In this document: positions 48,959 to 60,850 of the stretch, in pieces
Numbering within the stretch: position 1 is the stretch's first letter
Layout of the letters: each line of letters begins with the position of its first letter
Assembly: GCA_973895155.1 (NCBI GenBank)
Contig: OZ316897.1
Coordinates: forward strand, 4,791,976 to 4,855,975
Direction: 5' to 3'
DNA: 64,000 nucleotides
Source: Marsupella aquatica
Taxonomy: Eukaryota > Plantae > Marchantiophyta
Made by a program: the position numbers and the translations under genes
The notes under the pieces: generated by a model
What the model was told of the DNA's origin: nothing
The model's input: the letters and a program-made list of their open reading frames with translations, nothing else
The model's database searches: none

Positions 48959-51637
48959 GGATGTTGCAATGTGCTCTGCGAGAGGTCCAACAAACCATTC
49001 CCGTGAATCGTTTACAAGATTGGGCATGTGAATCATTCAAATCTCTCATTGACATAGTCACGAATGATTTTAGGAAATATGGTGACTCTGTCAAGGGTAA
49101 GTTTTTTAATACAATGTGGCCCTCGAAGTATCCTAACAAAGAGGATTACTCTTTGAAGAACCAGAAGCGAGCAAAACGGTACCTCTACAGTTTTTACATC
49201 CACATGGAAGCTACAAAACCTGATTACTTCTGGGCGTATCCCGCCGCCTTCCTCAAGTGGACTGTAGTACCGGAGAGTGATTCTTTAGCTGAATTGTATT
49301 CTATGTATCTTGCCGAGGGAATTTTCCCAGCAAGACCTTTGAGTGAATGGGAGAGAACCCATTGTCCATGGTACCTAGATACAGATAGATGGGACTCGCC
49401 CTTTGATCACAGAGAAAAGGATGCTTTCCATAAGCTGTCTAAGTCCCAGATCCCAGTCAACGTTGTTTCTGACATGAAGCAGGGGCTTCCGAACGATGTG
49501 GATCAATCCACAACACAATTGCAAACAATATGCGAGACAACAATTGTTCATGTTGACCAAAGCAGGAAGCCTCGCGCCAAAGCAAAAGCAGATACTACGG
49601 CCCCAAGTGAATCAACAAGATCTGGAAAAAAACGTAAGTATAATTGGTTTCCTTTGGTTAGCGCCCAGCGCTGCTATGGCAGTGAATATCTGTTTCATTG
49701 TTAACGCCCGACGCTGATATGAGAGTCAATATTTCAGAAACTGAGTTGGTATTTTTAGTCCAACAGTGTATATTTATGGCCAAGTATTACAGATAGTTTG
49801 GCCAGCGCTGGGCATTAGCATTGTCGTTGTATCAATATTAACGGATATCACCTCGGCATCCATTTGAACAGGGAGAAAGTCAGACGTCGTGGGGAGCGGA
49901 GATACAAAGATAGATGCCACCCCAGAGGCTTCTGAAGCCAATACCGGAGCACCATCCGATCCAATTACTCCCGCCGACAAAGGGAAGGCGATCGCTCCAG
50001 TGGATGCGACCAGTACAAGGAAGAAGAGAAAAAGGACCATTGAAGGTGGATCTTCCTCTCGAGAAAGTGCTGCTGCTGTAGGTCTTCAACGCGAAGTCGG
50101 GGACTTCAAGAGTAGACTTTCAAGGCATTGCCTTGTTGAATCTAGCATCTCAGAATTCTACGACTCAACGTTTAACAAAGGGGAGAAGCCTGACTGGGTG
50201 AATGGTGTAGAGAAATGGGGAAAGGATCTCATGAAGTCTGGCTTCCGAGAGAAGGGCATTGTGCGTGGTGGAAAGGAGAGATCATTTGGAGTCCACGCGG
50301 GTTTTATTTACCTTCCGACTGGACTTAAACCATCTCTGCTAGACAGAAAAGTTCCGAAATGGAATGTCCCTGACCATACTTTGGCCACCTCTTTCTTTCA
50401 TGGAATGGATCCATTTTTATCTGATGACGGAATGCTGGCCATTTTACATAACGGGGAGTACGATCCGATGTCTTAGGTTATATCGGCCTGTCAGGATTCA
50501 AAGAAATTTCATTGCATCTCGTCACACAATGTTGTCATGTCAGTTCCAATGTACGCACCGAAGACTGACCGACAGGTAAATTTATCATCGTGACATCTGG
50601 TTTGCGGTTCAAAAAATGTTTATGAATACATCCATTGACATACCTTTCTTGGGTTATATTACAGATCTTCACGCTCAGGCTTGACGTCTTCTGTCGAGTG
50701 TCTGAAAAAGGGAAGGTGCCAAAAGACTCGAGGTTTAGACCTCTGTCTGCCACGGAAGATCCCTCCATAACAAATTTAATTGGACTTCCCTCTCTCAAAG
50801 TCGATCCAACACCTGAGATGGAATTTGCTGGAAATGCCCGTTTGTCGGTTGGATTCATGGAATCTATCATTGAGCTCATCACTCGTCCTAGGGATATTTT
50901 CATGGATTGGACAGTGGGGTCAGGTAGCTCTTTTGTAGCTGGAGACTATTCTGGGAGGTTTGTAATTGGAGTGGAGAATAGGAAAGATTTCGTTGAAACT
51001 GGTTCCAAGGTGTTCTTAGATATACTTTCTCCAAAGGAAGTCGAAACTTTGCCACCCCCAATTAAACCACCCGAAAAGAAAAGGAGAGACACGCTCCGTT
51101 CTATACTTAATTTGTACTTAATTTTGACTCTGACGATGAGTCAAGTGGTGGTACAGCAGACGAGGATGAGGATGGCACCTGAGGGGAAGGGTCAAGAACA
51201 ATCCGCTGGCCAGAGTGACAGCGATGACTCTTCCGAGTAATGTTCTGAAACTCGTAAGCTTCTTTCTCCTTTCCAGTTCCTTCATGCTTTTGTGCTATCC
51301 ATTCATACAATCGGTTGACGAACTTCTATTCTCACCCAGGTCCGAATGGAATACGAGAAGACGCTTCAAACTCAGAAGAAAAGTAGCTCGTTTTGAAATT
51401 GTCACTCCGGAGAAACCATTTGTTTTACCCTCTTATGCTGAAAACGCTGCAAGAATGGAAGATAATCAGAGGACTCTTTGTTGGGAAAACAAAGGTCTCC
51501 GGCTACGAAGAGGAGTTGATAGAAAATTTGTCTGAAATCCTTATGTAGACGACGTTTGTAGGAGCAAGTATGTAGATGATGAGGCGGTCTCTACCGAGAG
51601 GTCACAGAGCTCCGAATCAGAATCGTCCGATTCTTGA
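48959..51637 (+). pseudogene. MULE cargo gene, 3' part: beta-class N4C/N6A DNA-methyltransferase-like domain and acidic tail
   Basis: GFIYLPTG..W-N (motif IV position, degenerate), FLSDDGMLAILH, then ESIIELITRPRDIFMDWTVGSGSSFVAGDYSGRFVIGVE (motifs X-I-II). Introns ~49634-49870, 50576-50663, 51254-51339. Confidence 0.78.
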
Positions 51638-52054
51638 AGCGTTTTTGCGGCTTACATTTTGCCAGCGCTGGGCGCTGTTATCATAATACATGTATTTATT
51701 ATCCTAGATATGATTTGTTTATGTTACATTGAAAACAAAATGTATCAAATTACTCATTTCCCTTACTAGCGTCGGGCGCTCCCCAAACGTCTATTTTTCT
51801 AATTGCGAATTTTGAATCCTTCGTCCGTTCCTTGGCCCCGCATATTTTGTCGTTACCAAAAATAGTCGTCTCTTTCTCAACGGTCCTTTTTGCGTTGAAC
51901 CTTTCTGTGATACGTTTTTGCTGATCTCCAAACCTAAACTCTCCATTAGGTCACTCTCGCAAGTTATTTCAGACACAACCTCTCTCGAAGTCGGGTTATT
52001 TCAACAACACCGGTCTTGTCTTTAGCCTAGATTTTATTTAACAGTGCCCACCAG

Positions 52055-52345
52055 ATGGAGAAGAAGGAGATCATGTCTTTGGAGGAGATGCTTGCATTCT
52101 TTGCTCCTTCCAGAGTTCGATCGGATGAGAGTCACTTCAGCTCCTTCGAGTCCGTTCATGGTGACACTTCCAACGAGACCTCGACCTTCCAGAATCGTTT
52201 TGCGCTTCCGTATGATGAGGCGATTAGTCCCGGGGAGAGGAACTTACCTTGGATTGATGACCGGGACCCTCCGCTCGCAGTTCCTGATCGGTTTTTGTTT
52301 CATTCTGTCATTCCTGCTGATGGTATTCAGCCTATTCAACGATGA
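52055..52345 (+). CDS. Small hypothetical ORF in the MULE right arm
   Basis: 96-aa ORF with protein-like composition; no recognised motif. Confidence 0.25.
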   Translation: MEKKEIMSLEEMLAFFAPSRVRSDESHFSSFESVHGDTSNETSTFQNRFALPYDEAISPGERNLPWIDDRDPPLAVPDRFLFHSVIPADGIQPIQR

Positions 52346-53644
52346 GTACAAGAGCAACTGGGACGTGTTGACTTCCTCGATACAAATGTTCCAGACCCCG
52401 GGAATCAGAATGTGGAGTTTCAGTGCCCCTCGTCTTCTTATGTGCGGCTCAGGGGTCTAGATTTCAAGCAAAACCACAGACGGGCCAGGGCGGGCATCGA
52501 CGACGACTGCCAATCTCAGAGCTAAAGTTGTTCACGATGGAGGTGGTTATAGTGACACAAGCTTCAGTGGCCATAGGCTTCCCATTTAAGCTAGCACCGA
52601 GCGCTACTTTTGTTCGTCTTGGACCGTGGGATTTCTCCTATGGTTGATTCAAAGTTCATGTATTTTCGGCTACATGTTTAGGCCCATTTTGGATCAGCGG
52701 CCCTGTTATGTGCGGCTCAGCTCAAGAAAAAGCACATACGGGCCAGGGCGGGCTTCGGCGGGCTTTGATGACTACTGGAAATCGCTAGGATTATAGTGCT
52801 TGGGCTGGGGGTGCTTTCAGTGATAGAAGGTCCAATTTTAGTTTACATTTAAGCTAGATTTAAGCTGGCGCCGAGCGCTGCTTATGTTCATGTTATGCTG
52901 CGGGTTGATTTGAAGATGATCTGCGGATGGTGTAATACCGGTTATATGTTTTGACCAATTTTGGAAGTAAGGAATGCAGTTTTGGATCGGCTCTCTTGTT
53001 CTTTCATGGTCATTCATTGATTCCTAGATTTGAGCTAGCACCGAGCGCTGCTTATGTTCATTGTGTTCCGTGTTTAGGCGTTGACGTTGATTTCTTGAAG
53101 TCCGACATTTAATGTAGCGCCCATCGCTAAAAATATTCAACGTCTGCCGTGGCCTCTCTTTGTTGGAAATGCTTCAAATTGAGTTTCCTGTGTTCACTTC
53201 TCGATTGATATGACGGACAATATCTTCCAGCATACTAGCGCTGGGCGCTGCTAATATCCAAAAATTTTGGAAACTCCTTTTTCTAATGGCCGTTAAGTTC
53301 CCTGTTCTCTTCTCAATTGACGTTACATAGAATCTCCAATCTCCATCATTTTCATTACTTTAGGAATATCAAAATTTTGGCTTTCCTGCCGGCATACTAG
53401 CATTGGGCGCTAGTAATCTTAGGTTTTCGGCAACACCTTTGTTCTAATGGCCCCTACTTTCCTTCACAATTGGATGGTGGTATTGAAAACGATTGAAAAT
53501 GGGGTTTATTGATGGTGTTTTTTAAACTTCTTGACCAAATAATGGAGCTCAATCACATGTTTTTTTTTCATTTCTCCTAGTAACAGTAATTGTTTACTGT
53601 TACTATTTCCTGGTTCCTATCGTTTGTAAATACCCCAGTTACAC

Positions 53645-54266
53645 AGGATATGACAATAGAAACAAATATGACAAATCCTAATGGACACACATCAAGGGGG
53701 AGAGGTTCATACCGTGGCCGAGGAACAATGAGAGGGAGAGGAAATTTCTCCCAAAGAGGTGGATATAGTTCCAACTACAGAGGACGAGGTCGTGGAAGAA
53801 TGAACAATACGAATCGAAGCAACTGGAAGAGTGGCAGAGCGGATCATCAACAAAAAAATTGGGAGCGACTACGACCTACCTCAAATTATAAACAAGAGAA
53901 TCCCATTACATGTCTCAGGTGCGGAACTAAAGGGCACACCAAAAAGGTATGCCATGCACCTAGTCACTTAGTTCTACTTTATAAGAAGAGCTTGGATGAA
54001 TCGCAATTCGAAGCACACGGGGCTTATTTAGAGTCACCAGAGATTATACCAGAAATACATATGCTGGATTCATCATTAAATATTGAAGATCCAGATTTCT
54101 GCATTGTCAACAACGTCACAACCCATACTATCCTTTGAGATAGTAAATATTTCCACGAAATTACCCCTTCAAAAAGGGAAATAACAACTATAATGGGACC
54201 ACATCAAATAGAGGAGGGTCATGGCAAAGCCACAATAGTTCTCCCAGAAGGAACAATAATTAAAAT
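53645..54266 (+). pseudogene. Bianca Gag C-terminus (RG-rich, CCHC) and protease
   Basis: RGRG repeats, CLRCGTKGHTKKVC, CIVNNVTTHTIL (Bianca DSxTTHTIL site, degenerate). Confidence 0.88.
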
Positions 54267-54609
54267 TGTTGAGCATAGACGACACTCATAACGGTAAGCA
54301 CATGACACATCCAATGCGCAAGTAGTCGACACAAGAGATACGTGGTTCACCTCCTCGAAGCTACGTCCACGGGAACACACAAGAGAGCTTTATTGAACTC
54401 TAAACCCGTCGTCCTTACCAAGTCTCTATAGTGTAAGCTCTCCTCATCTCTCAAGTGGCCCCATAACAATGAGCCTAAGTTCCACTTATCCAAGCAAACA
54501 CCGCTTGGCATATAGTGTGCATCCTAGTTAACCTGACCATGTCTCCGACTATGGTTAGACTAACTACGATTACATGTCGTAAATCTAGACCTTGAGTAAA
54601 TACCTAACA
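54267..54609 (-). repeat. Tork-like 3' LTR (343 bp)
   Basis: Matches 60504-60845 with a few substitutions and a 1-bp indel. Confidence 0.96.
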
Positions 54610-54801
54610 ATCTCCCCCTTGACTCTGATCTAGGGGAGGGTAATACTGCTAACCTATATGATTCCTCAGCGGAAAGTTCTGGACAAAAACCAACATGGTT
54701 TCCCCTCTCTAACTAGAGCAAACCAGAACTAAGCCATAGCCTATTACTAGGAGTGAAGAAGAGCATATATCAATAATTACAACGAATATTAAGAAAAACC
54801 C

Positions 54802-57800
54802 TTACTTGTGACGCAATTGCAAAATCTGCAGCACATCACGATGTCTAGAGAAACTTTCCAAAGGAATCACTTTGGTAAATGCGCCAACTGGGATGAGTTT
54901 ATCGTCTATCTTGACTAGCTCAAACAAATTATCAGACACAACTTGCTTGATAAAATGGTACCTGACGTCTATGTGCTTCACTCTACTGTCCATCACTTGG
55001 TTCACAGCAAGATGGAGCGCACTTTGACTATCATAATGGAGCTTCACATTCCCTTGTGACAATCCCATTTCAGTGAGAAGTCTATCCGACCAAATTGCTT
55101 CCTTCGCTGCTTCCGTTGCTGCAACATACTCTACTTCTGTAGTAGACTGAGCAATACACTTCTGCAAAGTAGACCTCTAACTTATGCATCCACCGCCAAG
55201 TGTGAACATGTACCCTGTTGTTGATCTCCTTCAGTCTAGATCTTGTCCGTAGTCAGAATCTACAAAGCCAATCAATGATCTTGCATTCTTTGCATTTGCA
55301 TCAAATAAAAGACCATGATCCATGGTACCCTTCAAGTACCTCATAATCCACTTCATTGCTTCCCAGTGTACCTTCTCTGGATTCGACATGTACCTATTCA
55401 CCTTGCCCATAGCCATGGTAAGATCAGGTCTAGTGCAAGTCATCAAATATATGAGACTTCCCACTACCTTATCATAAGGAACCTTTGACATCAGCCCCTT
55501 CTCTATCGCATCTGTGGGACAAAAAGCTGATGACAATTTGAAGTGTGTAGCCAAAGGGGTACTTACTGGCTTGCTATCCCCCATGTTGAACCTTGCAATT
55601 ACCTTCCTTGCATAACTGCTTGGTGTCAACCATAGCTTACCAGCCTCCAAGTCTCTAGTGATCTCCATACCCAAAATCCTTTTAGCTGGCCCTAGGTCCT
55701 TCATCTTAAACTCTGCACTTAGCAATGCCTTAAGCTTAACAATCTCAGACCTATCCTTGGCCGCAATAAGCATGTCATCCACATAAAGTACTAAAAGAAT
55801 GAACCCAAAGACAACATTCTTCACCGGTTTCAAATATACACAAGGGTCAAACACACTCCTGTGAAAACCTTGTGACCGAATCCAATCGTCAAACCGCTTG
55901 TTCCACTGTCTTGGTGACTGCTTCAACCCATACAAGGATTTCAACAATCTGCAAACCAATTCCTCTTGTCCTCTCTTCACAAAACCTAGCGGCTATCTCA
56001 TGAAGATCACCTCTTCCAAGGTGCCATAGAGGAAAGCTGTGACAACATCCATCTGATCTAGCAGCAGACCAAACATTACAACAAGTACACACAGTAGCCG
56101 TATTGTAGAGTACTTAGCAACTGGTGAGAAGACCTCATTGTAATCCACACCTTTATCTTGTGTGAATCCCTTTGCTACCAACCTAGCCTTGTAGACCTTT
56201 GATCCACCTCTCGTAGACTTATCCTTCAGCTTGTATATCCACTTGCTGTCCACCACTTGTTGACCCTTAGGCAGCTTAACAAGCTCCCAAGTTTTGTTGC
56301 CCTTCAATGACTACATCTCCGTTTGCATTGCTGCAGTCCACTTCTGCTTCTCCTTTGAAGCACTTGCCTCATGAAATGAAGAAGGTTTCCCTTCTTCCAA
56401 AATTAACGCATCACCCTCATCATCAATTGCAAAATCATCCTCTTGCAGTTGAGATGAATCAACCCACTGTCCATACCTAGGAGGAGCGCGTACAATGCGA
56501 CCAGATGTTCTTCTAGCCGATGACTCCGGTTGAATTGCGTCTACTGGTACGATTTGAAGCTCAGCAACATTCACTTGCTGCTCACCAGCATCAATAAACT
56601 CCTCTTGTTCCTCTAGCACAGGAACCAGCTCCATGCTTGGAGCACCTCCTTCTCTCCGATCATGCACTTCATGATCAATCTCCCCCTCAACGAGATCCGA
56701 GATAGGAGATATTTCTTTGTCAGTACGGGAGACCTGAGTATTCTCCCCCTCCTTCAATAATCTGGATTCATTGAAGGAAACATCCCTACTAACAACGAGC
56801 TTACAGGCAATAGGATCCCATAGCCTGTAGGCCTTCACACCACTCTGATACCCAAGAAAAATACATTTCTTGGATGTAGGATCCAACTTGGTCCTATTTT
56901 GCTTTGGTGTGAGAGCATATGCATCACTTCCAAAAACTACCAAGCCATGATAGTTTGCTTGCCGCTTATAACGTATTTCAAATGGTGTTTTGAAATTGAT
57001 TGCACTAGAAGGAGAAAGATTTACCAAATAAGCTGCAGTATTGACAGCTTCCGCCCAAAATTCCTGTGGTAAACCTAATTGGCTCAGCATACTTCGTGAC
57101 CGCTCCAATAGTGTTCGATTGAGCCTCTCCGCGACATCATTCTGCTACGGAGTATAAATTGTGGTGAAATGGCAACTTATCCCCTGTTCTACACAATACT
57201 CTTCAAATTATATTGAAGTGTACTCCCCGCCGTTGTCTGACCTCAGACTCCTCACCCTGGTATCCAAACACTTAACCATGTTCCCGTCTGATTCTCCACT
57301 TGGGCCTTCCACTTTATAAAAATGGACAAGACATCAGACTTATGCGTCATGAAATAAATCCATACAAATCTTGAGTAATTGTCAATGAAGGATACATAGT
57401 ACAATTTTCCAGAATGTGAGAGAGTCGGGGATGGTCCCCACACGTCACTATGTATGTACTCAAGAACCGCTTTGGAACGATGAGTTCCAACACCAAAAAC
57501 ACGATGATGCTGCTTTCCAAAAATGCAATACTCACAGAATTCCAATTTACAAGACTGCAAATCAGAAATGAGCCCATTCTTCCGCAAGATAGCCAAACCC
57601 TTCTCACTCATGTGGTTGAGCCATGAATGCCACAATTGAGTCATTTTCTTGTGAGACTTGGTTACATTTGCCTCTCCACATACTGTATTGCCCTACAGCA
57701 CATACAAATTCTTTTATCTGCCGCCCTTCAAAATCACTGTCTCTCCCAACATGACTTGAAGTTCACCATCAATTACTCGCCATTGATGACCATTTATATC

Positions 57801-58966
57801 CAACACGTACACCGAGTGAAATTAAATTCTTACGCATGCCAGGTACAAACCTGACTTCGGACACTATGCGCACAATGCCATCAAACATTTGAATCTTTAC
57901 AGACCCAATACCCTCAACTCGATAGGAGTGATCATTTTCCATCAAAATTGAACCGTTTGACACAGAATAAGAATTGAAATACTTGCAAATGTAACAAATG
58001 TGAAAGAAGCAAGCACAATCAAGAATCCACACATCATTTGCTCTCCTAGATGATGTGCACATGACATACTCCTGACTTCATAAAACATACTCATCATTGA
58101 GTAAATCAACTTCTTTATCAGCACTAGCCACATTGGCTGATGAAGAGTCAGCTGCCTTACCTTTACAATCCCTCTTAATATGACCAACCTTGTGACACTT
58201 CTAGCAGACTACTGGCTTTCTCTCCTGAGACTTCCTCCTTGAAGCAAATCTTGTCCTAGATTTACTTTGTCCCTTGCCATTCGTGCGCTGCTCGGGACGC
58301 CGCTGTGACCTCCCACGATTCACATTCAAGGCAACACCAAATGACGATGCTGTCTGGGCTTGACCCAACTTCTTTTGTGCATCATCTGACAGCAAAGAGC
58401 TTACCACCTCATCATGTGAAATAGACTTCAAGTCTCTATACAAGAGAACCTGCTTCAAACCCTGATAAGATGGGGGTAAGGAGCTGAGAAGAAGCAAGGC
58501 CTTGTCCTCTTCTTCAACGCCCTTACCGAGATTAGAAATCAACAGCTAGGCTGTCAAATTCATCCAAGTGATCCTGGAGCTTATTCCCCTTTTTGAGCCG
58601 AAGGCTCATTAAGAGAGACTTCTTGTACAATCGATCTAATGCATCCTCCCGATAGTACTTCTCCCTTAGGGCTTTGAATAGAGATGCACAATCTGCATAG
58701 TCATCCAACTTCTTGATGATATGCGGCTTCACATAAAGCATCACCGTATTCACTACAATTACTTGTTCCTACCTCCACCTCTTTAGTGGAATCTCCTCCT
58801 CCTCATCATCGTACATCTCTCGTGTAGAGAGAAGATGATCTAGGCCCATAGCGCGAAGAACTCCTTTCACTTGCTTCTCCCAAAGCAAGTAGTCCGTACG
58901 CCCATCATACTTCTCCACCTCAAACTTGACACCTTCGAACCTGGATGCCATTTGTTTTTCCTTCAC
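54802..58966 (-). pseudogene. Tork-like gag-pol
   Basis: KFEVEKYDG, WILDCACFFH (PR), LWHSWLNHMS, HSDVWGP (INT), YKARLVAKG, SLYGLKQSPRQW, YVDDML (RT), STTEVEY, KHIDVRYHF (RH). Confidence 0.95.
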
Positions 58967-60503
58967 AATCCCTTCTACTCGCTACACCGGTGATTGTACT
59001 GGTGTCACGTGCGCTTCCTCCTGCTACTCTCTCTCCTCCTCAAACCATCGTGGTGATCCTCGTGCTTCAAGATCCACTTCTTCGAAAATCTCCTCCGAAT
59101 CACTCATGTGAGAATGCAAGAAAAAATGACGTTTTTTCAACTTCTTCAAAAAACTCAAAACTTATCACCGTTGCGTAGCCCACAAGCCTAGCTCTCTAAT
59201 GCTGAAAACCAGAATCAAAACGAAACTCCAACGTAAAACTTATTCACTTTTTGGTCGGGGTGGGTAAAACTCGAAATTCTCCCCCGTTTTGACCACCTCA
59301 GAGAATAACCAAAATGTGAATGAGTACTCAACGTCGGAAACATAATTCGATTGATGCACCGTGTGGCCAACTACGATGGCTACCAACTTGCTGAAGACGA
59401 ACAAAACAAGTTACCTTTCGGTGGACAGAATCTTCGACGGATGGACAAAAAATAGCTCTCTAGTTTTTTAGAATATTCTATGACCCTTGTACAAGCCCTG
59501 TGGGAATTTTGGAAGAACAATCGAGGGGCTGACACGTGTCCTCGAACCCCCAAAACCCCCTACCACCCTTCGTCGTCGAAATCTTGTCGCGCGCACAGAA
59601 AATACACACGGCAGAATGTACCCCTTGACACCAAACGCAAGATATCTCACTCGAGTTTTGACGAAATCAAGATCTGATTTCAGATTTGGAAACTAGACTC
59701 CGAGACAATGAAGATCAATATAAGAAGCACCCAAAACAAGGAAAGAACAAGGGAGAAAAAATTGGTAAAGATGACAGATTTCTCTCAATTGCCATAGCCA
59801 ATTTCGAATAAGTTTTTCAAAGAGAAAAAATGGTACCTTGTCAACAACGAATGTTGATGAATTGCACTTGGTGCCGTCACCAAGTCCAACAAGGTAATTG
59901 ATTTTGCTTTGCCTTCCTCTTCGCATCAAGAGCCAATCCCGGACTCAAAACAATCATCTTGCCTCAATCTCTCCGTTGAGTCAAAACATTTGACGCTTCT
60001 CCCTCCGAGTCGATTGCCACGACAAGAAACCCCGCTCAGGCAAAAGAGGACTTCGTAGCCGGTCAGAAAATCAGAATGCTTCTTTTGCTCGTCCCGTCGC
60101 ACATGGTACTCATGTGGTAACAAATCAGCTACCAAAACAAATAGCTCATCCCGATCTACAAGCAGAGCTACAACATGCAATGCCTCCTTCGCCGTAGAGC
60201 TCACACGGTCGAGAAAACAAACTCTAGTCCCTCCTCCGAAAAACCGTCGAATACGAATGTTGCCAACTTTTTTCACAAAATCTAGAACGACGAAAACTTA
60301 GATCTCTCCGCACCACAAGCTCCGTTCAGCGATTTCTTCACATCATTAGAAAGCCCTTGCCCCAATCTATCCGTTGAGCCCATAAACTCCAAGTTCCATG
60401 CGACGGAACTCCCAGAAATCCACCGACACTCAACGCTGGAAAAAACCGTCATGAAATCCTGTCACAAACATACGTCACCTCCCAGGCATGCTCTGATACC
60501 AAT

Positions 60504-60845
60504 TGTTGAGCATAGACGACACTCGTAACGGTAAGCACATGACACATCCAATGCGCAAGTAGTCGACACAAGAGATATGTGGTTCACCTCCTCGAGGCTA
60601 CGTCCACGGGAACACACAAGAGAGCTTTACTAAACTCTAAACCCGTCGGCCTTACCAAGTCTCTATAGTGTAAGCTCTCCTCATCTCTCAAGTGGCCCCA
60701 TAACAATGAGCCTAAGTTTCACTTATCTAAGCAAACACCGCTTGGCATATAGTGTGCATCCTAGTTAACCTGACCATGTCTCCGACTATGGTTAGACTAA
60801 CTACGGTACATGTCGTAACCCTAGACCTTGAGTAAATACCTAACA
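60504..60845 (-). repeat. Tork-like 5' LTR (342 bp)
   Basis: Adjacent to the tRNA-iMet PBS. Confidence 0.96.
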
Positions 60846-60850
60846 AAAAT

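Larger units (their letters stand above)
23544..53635 (-). mobile_element. Mutator-like (MULE) DNA transposon; ~11.7 kb without the nested Sola-like element
   Basis: Ends GGGTAT...ATACCC with subterminal gtaacag/caggaaa repeats. TSD agttacac (8 bp exact; 9 bp with 1 mismatch: 23535-23543 / 53636-53644). Removing it restores gag NLVTQDM. Confidence 0.9.
54267..60845 (-). mobile_element. Full-length Ty1/copia (Tork/Tnt1-like), degenerate
   Basis: TG...CA LTRs. TSD AAAAT (54262-54266 / 60846-60850). PBS tggtatcagagc (60501-60490), PPT agggggagat (54619-54610). Removing it restores GTIIKIISAIYAP. Confidence 0.96.
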
